Shown piece by piece: positions 1 through 10,586 of a stretch of DNA of 64,000 nucleotides. The stretch comes from Podarcis pityusensis. Lineage: Eukaryota. Positions within the stretch are counted from its first letter, which is position 1, and each line of letters opens with the position of its first letter. The notes under the pieces are model-generated. The model searched no databases. It worked only from the letters and a program-made list of their open reading frames with translations, and had not been told where the DNA came from. Location: assembly GCA_964106645.2 (NCBI GenBank), contig OZ067051.1, one strand, 5' to 3'. The translations under genes were made by a program, and so were the position numbers.

Positions 1-1934
1 AGCTTTTGTTCTGTTTCTAACTGCAGCTGGGCAAACTGGGTAGTCTTAACTATGGTTTACTGAAACTAGTCAACTTCATGCTATGGTTTATTGAAAATGG
101 AAGTGACATCAGCAGATCTCTTCATGACCACATTGGGGACGGGAGGTTTGTTCACATAATGTTAAGACATAGTCCAAATGAGGCCTTTGTATATCTTTTG
201 GGGGGAAACGCTCATTTCATTAGAAAATTGTTGTGCCACAATTTCAGTTTAATTTTAGATCTTTGAATGTGTGAAAACAAAACATGTATCTTCTTCTTTT
301 GCCCTACCCACACTGTTTTCATTCAGTTCGGCTTGACTCCCAAGGAAATAGTTACAAGCAGAATAGATGCCATGTGTAAATAATAACTTTTCTATATTGC
401 ATTTTGACACTGAAAGTTAGACCAATATAGTTATTGTGTTTAAGAAGGGGCAAGTCTGATTCAGGCGTATACATTTTTCATGATGTACTTTGTACAAATA
501 CATACAAAGTAGTATTCCTACAAATATTTTAGACTGTGTGCTTTCAATGGTCCTTATTTAATCAGTGACTTAGCTTTTAATACAAAATTCCATTAGGCTG
601 CAGTATTAAGTGTGTTTATTTGGAAACTAGTTTTAATGAAATTAGTAGGAAGTATGACCAGCAACCAGTTGAGCTGAGTCAAATTAATGGCATTCTGTGT
701 GACCTCGAGGACAAGTTGCTTGATGTATTTGGGCCTGAGGGGTCATTCTTACATTATGTTTTTGTTTTGGATAGATATACATTCATTGTATTGTTAACAT
801 GTTATTTAAAAAATGTCACTTTCTACAGAACAGTTAGGACAACAATTTATGAGGTTTAAACATGACCTTGAAGAAAGTTACATACATGATTGCCAGAGGC
901 TGATGCCCCCCCCCCCAAAAAATAGATGTAGCTTCTGAAAAGATCCCTAATCCTAGTTTTGTGCCCCCTTTGTGCCCTTTCTTGATCACAAAGAGAGAGG
1001 TAACTGAATAATTATTACTGGTCATGGAAGCTGGAAGCTGCTGAGCTCCCATAACATCTCTTTCCTAGCTTATATTTTGTAAGAGTTATTTCACTTCAGT
1101 AACTACTTTCTTATTTAATCTGAAAATTGTTCATGTATCTTTTATATCACACTGCATAGTATGGTAGGTACTGTCCAATAATTACTTCATAGGCTGCAAT
1201 TACACATTTTACAAGATTGCAGATGGGCAGCTCGTCGGTACATGTAAACCACCAAATGTTTCTTGCCGGGGGGGTTTTTTTTTTTACTCTCCTTTTGCCC
1301 CTACACACTGCCAAAGGCCCAGTCATTTTCCCTATTTCCTTGAATGTTGGATTCTCCTAGAGCAGCTTGTGGCAGAGGCTCACCCCCAGACACCATCCTA
1401 CGTATGTAAGCCAGCCTGCGCTAGCTCCCAAATAGCTGTGTGTCAGGCTGTGGGGGTACATTATTATGATGAGGAGGGCAGCGCAAGGAAGGATGGGCTA
1501 ACCCTACCCTCCTTGTACATATTCACTGACCACTCACTGGTGCATGTGAGTTCAAAATTGTTGGCAACTCCTGCACTTAACTGTGGTTTAGCATGATGTG
1601 CCATGAGCTGGGATGAACCTCAGGGTTCTGCATTGCTCTCTCCTTTCTGCTGCCTTATCACAGCATGGAAAACAATTTTGACTGTTTTGTTTCACTGTCC
1701 CTGAATCTCAGCTTCTTGTTGTTTGGCTTATGTTTTATAGTAAGCGCCTGTCAGTTTTAGAACAAGCTAATTCCAAACCATGGGTTATGACGTTGTCTTG
1801 TTAAACTAACCAGAGTTTATTGTCATAAGTTTCAGGGAGAGTGAAGCAAAATGCAGTCTGAGTAATTTTCCAGGCCATGTGGGCTGATGATGCCACTGTT
1901 GGGATTGTTCCATCTTGTGCACATCATGCTAAAG

Positions 1935-2289
1935 CAGGGGCGGGGAGGCTTTTTCAGCCTGAGGGCCACATTCTCTTGTGGAAAAAAATTGTAGGGTCTG
2001 CATGCCAGAGGCAAAAGTAGGTGGGGCAAGGATGCTACTCTTTCCTTTGTAGAGTAGGCTACATTCCAGCCATGCAAAGTCAGAGGTTTCTACAAGTGTC
2101 TCTTCCCACCCCTTCACATATTTTCATCCATGCAATCACAGTTCAAGGACACATTCCAGCCAATCAAACACTTGAGGAGACTACAGAAATAGGGCTTGTG
2201 AGAGGTGTGGCCTGAGAAGAAGGGGTGTGGCCAGAGACTCGATAGAGGGGGCTCCATTTTGCACCTAGACCTTAGGTTCCCCAAACGTG
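1935..2289. mobile_element. Non-autonomous hAT element (old)
   Basis: Starts CAGGGGCGGGGA...CCTGAGGGCCACATT, ends GGTTCCCCAAACGTG; 8-bp flanks tgctaaag / tgctagac (6/8). Confidence 0.6.
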
Positions 2290-2795
2290 TGCTAGACCAT
2301 GGTTATAGCCTTATGAACATTGCCACTGAGTCATATGAGACAGGTAATTAGTAATCCCATTTAACATTTAAAATATAGTTTGAACAGAGTATAATTTATT
2401 TGGCTTGGTCAGAGTCATCTAAAAAGTTGATGATTAGGCATAGATTGGAAACAGGTTTGATGGTTTTTTAAATTTGCCATTTTTATAGTCTGCCTTTGCT
2501 GAAAGATCCCAGAGTAGAAATACAAAAAATCAAAGTTAAGCAGTAATATCAAAACAGGCCAACATGAATTCCATACAACAAAATGACAGCAGCCCTGAAA
2601 GTCCAATCCAGTGTACCACACCCCTTTTTAAAGTGCCCAGAAATGGACATAAAATTCCAGATGAGGTGTGACTAATGCAGAATAAAGTGGAACTGTTGCT
2701 TCTTGTTATTTGGAAACTGTGGTTCGATTAATGCAGCCTAAAATCACAATAGGCCTTTTGCAGCCTTTTCATATGTGCTGTTTCCAAGCAGAGTA

Positions 2796-3054
2796 CAGTG
2801 GTACCTTGTGTTATGGACGGGATCCGTTCCGGAGGCCCGTCTGTAATGTGAAATGCCCACAACTCGAAGCACTGCGTCTGCGCAGGCACGTGGCACGATT
2901 TGGTCTTTTGCTCATGCGCGAAGCACAATTTGGTGCTTCTGCGCATGCGTGAGTGGCGAAATCCGGAAGTAACCTGTTCCGGTTCTTCCGGGTTGCTGCG
3001 GGACGTAATGCGAAAAGATGCAACATGAAGTGGACACAACACAAGGTATGACTG
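2796..3054. mobile_element. Tc1/mariner (Tigger/pogo-like) MITE
   Basis: TA|CAGTGGTACCTTGTGTT ... AACACAAGGTATGACTG|TA; TA target-site duplication, CpG-rich interior. Confidence 0.85.
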
Positions 3055-3624
3055 TATCTCCCATCTTATTACTGTTTGTGAATATATGTTTGCTTCACCA
3101 TGTGCAAAGCTTTGCTTTTGTATCTGATGAATTACATTTTTTAGTTTCCACTCAATTTTCCCCACAAGTCATGCTACTTTTAGAACTTTGCACACTGTTT
3201 TCTTTTGGGGAGAAGGTGGAGGCAAGATTGATGTAGAATCTGATGGATTACTTAAGATTAATTGGCTTTAGACACCAGGTCTTTTTGCATGGGTGAGCAT
3301 ATTGTTAAGGAAATGCAAACTTTTTCCACCAGGCCTTTGGCTTTTAATTATCTATGGCCTTGTTGCATAGTGGGATGTTTTAATCTAGCTTTAAAAAAAT
3401 AAAATTATCTTTTAGACAAGTTTTTAAAAAAAAAATATTCTGGTTTTAATGTATGTGTTGTTTTTTTTGCTTAGAATACTTTTTGTGGTTTTTTTGGTCA
3501 TGTTTGAAAATGATTAATAAATTTAATAAATAATAACATCTAAAGACCCCTGGCTCTCCACCCCACCACATCATACAGATGACTAATATTATTTAAAAGT
3601 GGGTGGAAAGCCAGGGGAATCAGA

Positions 3625-3800
3625 GGTGGCTGAACATCAGGAAGAATTTTCCGGCAGTAAGAGCTGTTTGACAGTGGAACAGACGCCCCTGAGAGGCGTG
3701 GACTCCCTTTCCTTGGAGGTTGGATGGTCATCTGTCATGTATGAGCTAGTTGAGATTCTTGTATTGCAGTGGGTTCTTTTCAACTCTACAAATCTATGAT
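3625..3800 (+). mobile_element. CR1 LINE 3' end fragment
   Basis: aacatcaggaagaa...gtaagagctgtt...cagtggaaca...ttccttggaggtt...caactctacaaatctatgat, a CR1-type tail. Confidence 0.7.
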
Positions 3801-3872
3801 GCTTCACTACCTTTTGGGGGGGTAGTGTCTGTAACTTTTCAATTGGTTACTATTTAAATTACTCCTGTTATG

Positions 3873-3874
<2 letters not shown>

Positions 3875-3910
<36 letters not shown>
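3875..3910. repeat. (GT)n microsatellite
   Basis: Directly visible. Confidence 0.95.
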
Positions 3911-3911
<1 letters not shown>

Positions 3912-4604
3912 ATATACATTTTAGCTTTGCAGAGACATGTGATAGCCTTCCTGCATTTCAAGGCCCTACTGTTTATAATTTCCCCCTCTGTATATATGTG
4001 TATAATATTCAAAGAGAACAGTTTTTGTATCTGGTGGAAATGGGCTGCAGCCCATGGAAGCTTATATAATAATAAAACTGTTAGGCCTTTAAGTTGCTAC
4101 AACACTCTGCATTGTCTTTTCCCCAAATTGCTGCCATTTAACAGGTGCTGCTGCCTGTTTTATTTTTCTCCATTCAGTGTGCTGCTGCTGCTGCTGCATG
4201 GGAAGAACAAATGCCTGCCTCCAGTAGTAGGCACTCTGGGCATAAGCAAATCTTCAAAAAAGATACAAGTGCCTTTGTTAAATTTTAGAGGTTATTTAGA
4301 CTTCCAGTTGATGGTAACAGACGACAACATCACAGAATGAGACTTGAATGAGTCGGACAGGTTTTCATCTCTTTGGAGTAAGGAAATTATTTTTAACATT
4401 CTGGTCGGTCACAATAGACTAGACTTATTTTTTATACTTGCGCAGTGGGCTAGACATTAACTACTGGTTAGTGTTTGGAGGTTATATAAATAAATATCCC
4501 AACAATGATACAAAAAATGAAAACACTTTTGTGCTATTCTTCTGCAACTTCATTCTCTAGATATTCCTCAACCAAAATAAGCTATAAATTGCTATGTGGT
4601 TCTT

Positions 4605-4609
4605 ACACA

Positions 4610-4671
<62 letters not shown>
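4605..4671. repeat. Compound (CA)n(GA)n microsatellite
   Basis: Directly visible. Confidence 0.95.
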
Positions 4672-4673
<2 letters not shown>

Positions 4674-6863
4674 AGTTAAAGAAAAGTATGCCTTATTCTT
4701 ACAGCTTTGGAGGTCACTTCTGCTTACCATAGAGAATTCAGACTGATAATACTGAAACACTATACACATAAGTTGCCAGGGTCAAAAGAACTCCACAAAA
4801 TTATGTTTAATATTTTAGATATTTCTCATCTCTGTAGAATCTTAGACCAGAAGTGGTTCTTGTAAGAAAGTGATTTGTGAGAAAGTCACACAAAGGGTGA
4901 AAATAGAATATTTTGTCCATTTTCATAGTAGACATTTCACTTCCCTTAATATCACTACAAACTGTTTTAGAGGTCAATAGTACCCCAAAACCCTTTAAAA
5001 ACATTTTTTCTCTAATTCTTCATTAAAAGGTAAAGGTACCCCTGACCATTAACAAAACCCAGCACAGTGATTCTTGCATTCATTCCATAAAAATGCTGCA
5101 ATTCAGACAGCAGCAAGTCCATGCCTAAGATAACTTTACACTGGCTCCCACACCATTTCAGGACTCTTCCTACTTGTGTGTTGTGTAGTATGCCAGTTAG
5201 TCCTTACTTGTTAGCCTACCAAGTGTTAAATAGTAGGCAGAAATAATTGCTGGCTGATAAAGCTTATAGTGTAAGAATAAATGCCTGGGAACCACAAAAA
5301 TCAAGCCAGTTAAGTCTTATAATTACTTTGTTTTGCTTAAAATTACAAACATGCCTGAGGTAAGCAATTAAAGATGCCAATAAAATTATTATTTAGGGTC
5401 ATGACTTCCCATGAAAAACCTAAAGGGCACATTCAGGAAGTTTTTAGCAGTCTGGCTATACTACATCAGCTTTGAAACAAGAGGAAAATTACTTCCAAAA
5501 ATAGGCTTCTGCATGTCCAGTGCTATGGATTATAAATCCAGAGAGCTTAATGTCTCCAGGAGCAGCTGTTTCATTCCAGAACCCCAACAGGAACTGCACA
5601 GGTTTTGCTGAAACCTATAAGCCACTAAACAGTTCAGTCTTGCACATATCTATTCAAAAGGAAGCCTTGCTGAGTTCATTGGACTTAGGCATTGCAACTT
5701 AACAAAGTTTTGTGAATTTTCAGTGCAAGATCATAAAATTATTAGTGGGGTAGAGGGGAAGTGTACAAGAATATGATAATGTAAAGTTCATCTCAACCCA
5801 TTTCTTTTTTGTGGAATCATACTTGCTGCTGTCCAAAGTTTTTAATTGTCTAATCATCGTAATGTCAATAGATGGATTAAATCTATTTACATTTGGATAT
5901 TACAAATAGTGTTTTTGTGGATATTGAAGGAAATATAGATAAATTAGAGTTTAATTAACAGCTTTTTCATCATCACTAGTAGAAAATGCTATGTCGCATT
6001 CGTTTTAAATAAAAAGAGTCAAAACGGATTTGGTTTTTAAAATGTCATTCAGTCTTGCACCAACAATTTAAAGCCCTCCTGCTCCCTTCATTGGTTGATG
6101 AATGTTCAGTTAAATTGATTAATGCTTGAAGCCCTGTTCTTTTCAATTTGATGCAGCTTCAGTGCATCCTTTCATTGGCCACGTCTGGACTTAGACATGA
6201 ATTGGCATATGGGCAGTTGTTGCTGTGTTTCTGTGTTGTGAAAGTGAATGAAGCTTACAGTGAAATATGTGTGGTGTTACACTGGAGGTGTAGCTATTTC
6301 CACTTCAAGCAGAAACCACACCACACTTCTTGATATATCACAGGCAGTCTAGATGGAGCTGCAGTTGGGACTATATTTGCCCTTCCAACTCAAACCTATG
6401 TTCTTAGGAAAAGCAGGCAGTTTGACTCTATCCTGCCACTGATGTACCTGTAGCATCTGTCAGAATTCATCGAGTGTCATGTTTTAGGGATCAGCTTTGT
6501 ATGACTTGGCATATTCATAGAAACATTGCTTCATGCCTCCCAATTCCAGCCTCCACACATCTATGCTTGGTGGGCTGAAATACACAATTCTAGAGTGACA
6601 GGCAGCAACAGCTGCCAATTACAACACGACTTCCGAACTCCTGCTGATTGATCGGCCTCTTAGAACTCTGCTCAGTGTTTGTGAGACACAAACTGCAAAC
6701 ACATTACAAGAAAAGCCTTGTAATGTTATGGAAGGAGGTGTTAGAAAAGGTATTTTTACTAGTTTGGGTCCAATCTTATAGCCTGTTGAAAAGGATATGT
6801 TTCTGAAAGGTGTTCATACATTTTATAGGAAGGGAATTTCACAGTTGTATATAACAAAGAATA

Positions 6864-7043
6864 CTGTATTTACTCGAGTCTAATATGCCATCAAATTTAA
6901 TGCACATCTCAATTTTCAGAACCTTGAAACCAAAAAAAGTGTTTGCTGGCGAATGTAAATGTTCCATCAAATCTAATGCGCACCTTAATTTTCACCACGT
7001 AATTTGGCCCCAAAAGGTGATCATTAGATTTGAGTAAATACAG
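6864..7043. mobile_element. Tc2/pogo-type MITE
   Basis: TA|CTGTATTTACTCGAGTCTAAT ... ATTAGATTTGAGTAAATACAG|TA. Confidence 0.85.
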
Positions 7044-7239
7044 TAGTTCTCTATGTCTTTCATGATATGGAAAAAATATTTTACACATTTCCCCATCCTG
7101 ATGCAGCTCTCTTTACTGCCATCTGTCACTATTATCTGATTTTCTAGCATTTAGAGTTGTACAGGTAGCAACGTTTTTTGTTGGTTGCTAGTGTGCTGCT
7201 CCAAAATTTTGGCAAGCCAAAAAGGAAGCCTCGTGTCTA

Positions 7240-7497
7240 CCGTATTTTTCGTTCTATAATACGCACCAGACCACAAGACGCACCTAGTTTCTGGAGGAGG
7301 AAAACAAGAAAAAAAATATTCTGAATCTCAGAAGCCAGAACAGCAAGAGGGATCGCTACGCAGTGAAAGCAGCAATCCCTCTTGCTCTTCTGGCTTCAGC
7401 AACAGCTGCGCAGCCTGCATTCGCTCCATAAGATGCACACACATTTCCCCTTACTTTTTAGGAGGGAAAAAGTGAGTCTTATAGAGCAAAAATACGG
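7240..7497. mobile_element. Tc2/pogo-type MITE with internal hairpin
   Basis: TA|CCGTATTTTTCGTTCTATAA ... TTATAGAGCAAAAATACGG|TA. Confidence 0.88.
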
Positions 7498-8424
7498 TAA
7501 TTATGGAAAGCAGCTCAGATCTGATAGAACCTGGAATTCACTGCACACACTTCACTACTGTGTCTTATAGGAAGAGAGCATGAGGTACCTTCTCAGATCA
7601 GGCATTTCTTCTTTGTCTTGTGTTTCCCATTAGAATTTCAGGCTTATCAGCCTTTAACTAATGCTATATATGCATTGCTATGGAAGGGAATGCTGCACCA
7701 GTTGAATTTCTGCCCGTCATATAACTGTTAAAGGCATAAAACTTCTGTGAGGAATCAATCGCCTTCAGCATGGTGGGCTACCAGTAAATGTCTGAATTGA
7801 GTGAACGTGTTCCTTTAGCACAAATATTTAATGTTGGGCTGATTCTTCTGTGTTTTGTTTGTGTGCAATTCAAGTCGAAACAGCACTTGTGTTCTGGGTG
7901 CATCAGGTAATGGGAAAACAAACTTCTCTCATCAAGAGGATTGTAGGTACCTGTTGCTAAGTCCATTAAGGATATTTATAACTGAGGTTTGATAGCCAGG
8001 ATGTGAAGTAAGCCAAAGACTCTCTGGCACTAGCAGTCGGCCCAGTTAAATGAACTGCAGCTTAGAGGATAACGCTCATGCTCTCTCAATATAGACACCT
8101 AATCTCCCATTCAAAAACATTTACTCTGTGTGCACGTTTGCAGCCTACCTTCTATCGCTTTCTGTAAAGAAGTGCAGTGTTCCCTTTCACACCTTTTGGA
8201 TAGAGGACTGGTAATATGTTTCCCCTCAGGTTTTCCCCAAACTAAGGATACATTCCAACAAACACCTGGAAGCCTCATTAATTCCAATGGAATCATTTTG
8301 GATAACACTGTCCTGTTGAAACCAATGGGACATTAAAAGACTTGGCATTGCTTGGATCTTCCCTGTTAATAATATCCTAACAAAATTCCCAAGGCACATT
8401 TTATAATTGGGTAATGCACTCTGT

Positions 8425-8612
8425 TGTTGAGAGACAATGGAGAACGCCTCTGAGAGTGACATCAAACCACTGTGCTAGCAGCACTGAAGTGACCTCCCCA
8501 GGGCACAAGCCTGGGCAGTGTGTATGGAGGTCCTGGGCCCAGATGATAAGAACCCCCTCTCTAGCTTGCTGATGTGGTCCAAAGGAAAGCAGAGCAATAC
8601 GTTTGGCACCAC
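8425..8612 (+). mobile_element. Interspersed repeat fragment, probably the 5' region of an RTE-clade LINE
   Basis: ...gaagtgacctccccagggcacaagcctgggcagtgtgtatggaggtcctggg...gtggtccaaaggaaagcagagcaatacgtttggcacc resembles a recurrent squamate repeat (from memory). Confidence 0.4.
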
Positions 8613-8952
8613 CTTGGTGAGAGCTGAGTGCAGGGTGAGGACCAAAGGTGGACAAACTACCGCAGAAAGAGCATGATGTGTCCCTACCAGAGGTACTACT
8701 CCTCCCCTAACGCCCCCTCTCCATACACATGCAATAACTGCTTCTTTTAAATTAACTTAAAATTAAAGAGTTTCAGCATGAAACTGTATGCTCCTTATCT
8801 TAGCTACTTCAAATGGAAAGTAACAATTAAGGCAAGACTACACCTTCGTGTTTCATTTTACCTGGTTAAGATTTCACAGCTCTGTTTATGGGTGGTGATT
8901 CTTAGCAGTTTTATTGACATTATACCTAATTAAGGCTTTTTATTGTTAGAGA

Positions 8953-8987
8953 CACGAAGAGTCAGACACGACTAAACAACAACCACA
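8953..8987 (+). mobile_element. 35-bp 5'-truncated BovB-type tail with 11-bp TSD
   Basis: attgttagaga|cacgaagagtcagacacgactaaacaacaaccaca|attgttagaga. Confidence 0.75.
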
Positions 8988-10400
8988 ATTGTTAGAGAAA
9001 ATCAGTTCACAGAGTAGTCCTGTGTTTTATAAATGTAGAAGTTGAAGTTATCAACACTGACAAATGGAAACCCATTTACCTAAGCATACTGTTTTCATGA
9101 TGTAATATTTTTACTGGTTTGCTAACTTTGGCAAAGTTAGATACCCTTCGCACAGAGCACTTGGAGTTTAGCAGACTTGTCTCCCTCCTCATTGTTGTTT
9201 GTTAGCAGCTTACAAACATTAGTGAAAGCTCACTTCCTCTCCCTCCCTCTGGTGGGCCACACAAACATACTTGTTCCCCAGATGGTAAGCAGAGGATCTG
9301 ACAGGTTGTGGCTTGCCTCTAGCCATGCAGGAAGTGTGTAGGAGAGCTGCAAATTGATATGGTGTGTGTTCAGGTGCCAGTCACTGAATTACCCTTTTGC
9401 GAATATGGATGTACAAAGTAACATATCCCATTTGCCCTCTCAAACATAAGTGTTCATTTAGAATGTGATTAGGACATGGCTGTTTTACACCTTAATTTGC
9501 ACAGTGATATTTTTCTTTGTGCTCTGCTGGGATAGACTGGGCTGGTCAGTATGCGTCCTAATGCACATAAATGAGAGAAAATAATTTTTTATTCAGTTCC
9601 GTACTTCCATCTCTTGGTCATGCTGAACTTATTTTCAGGGAAAAGAGCCAGTAAGACCAATGACCCTGTTCCAGGTCAGGGCAGAAAAGTTGCAGGAAGG
9701 AGCCTGCCTTGTTTTCTTCAGTGGCTAACTTGTCATGGCAATGGGGAGATGATGCTTTAACTTCTTCTTTAGAAACCCATGAAATTTTCTACAACTGTTA
9801 GGTATACTGATCTCTGGGAGTCAGACAGGCCCTATGCCCAAAGTATGGGGTAGGTTTTTCTTTTGTGAGAGTAGAATCACAAACTGCATCCTTTAGATTT
9901 CTCAGTGCTGAATGGCTGCCCCTTTCTTGCTAGAAGACCTACTCCAGAGCAGTGTCCATGAAGAGTCCTGCTGATAGGCATGTTGAGATTCTGGATAGAA
10001 ATGTTGCAAATATCCTGAGCATGTGCTAATGTCCCCTGTGAAAATATGGCTCACCTGAATAATGAGATGGGTACCTGACCCCTCAAGTTCTCATGTCTTG
10101 ATCTTGATCAAATAGTGTGTAGGAGACTCAAACATATGTTCTTTAGCCAGGAATGGCTGAATTTTCAAATTCCTACATGCCAGCCTTAGCAGTTTAGGGA
10201 GCTAGAAACCAGTTGTGCATGTGGCTTTTCATTTATTTATTTAAAATAAATAAAATACTTAGTTAAAAAAGAAAAACAGTTAGCCCAGCTTTGGATTAAT
10301 TATTGAAAGTGCTATAAAACCATAGATGATTAGTACTTCTTGGGCTTTAGTTAATGTTATGTGCTTGTTCTCTTACAGTTTTACATGTGATACCAACAAA

Positions 10401-10586
10401 ATGAGGCTGAGAACGCGGAAAGCTTCTCAGCAGTCAAATCAAAATCACACGCAGCGTACACTGAGGGTGAAGAGAAAGTACTCAGATGTAGAAGAGAGCT
10501 TACCTGTTGGGGGAGGAAAACCTCAGAAAAATGAAACAGGCTTATTATCTTCAATCAAAAAGTTTATTAAAGGAAGCACCCCAAAG
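10401..10586 (+). CDS. CTDSPL2: CTDSPL2 first coding exon (exon begins at 10379)
   Basis: Acceptor tcttacag|10379, ATG at 10401, MRLRTRKAS...KFIKGSTPK, donor AAG|gtaagc. Confidence 0.95.

Noticed and set aside
3870-4340. 156-aa ORF starting MKCVCVCV
   Set aside because: Begins in a (GT)n microsatellite and has no protein-like features
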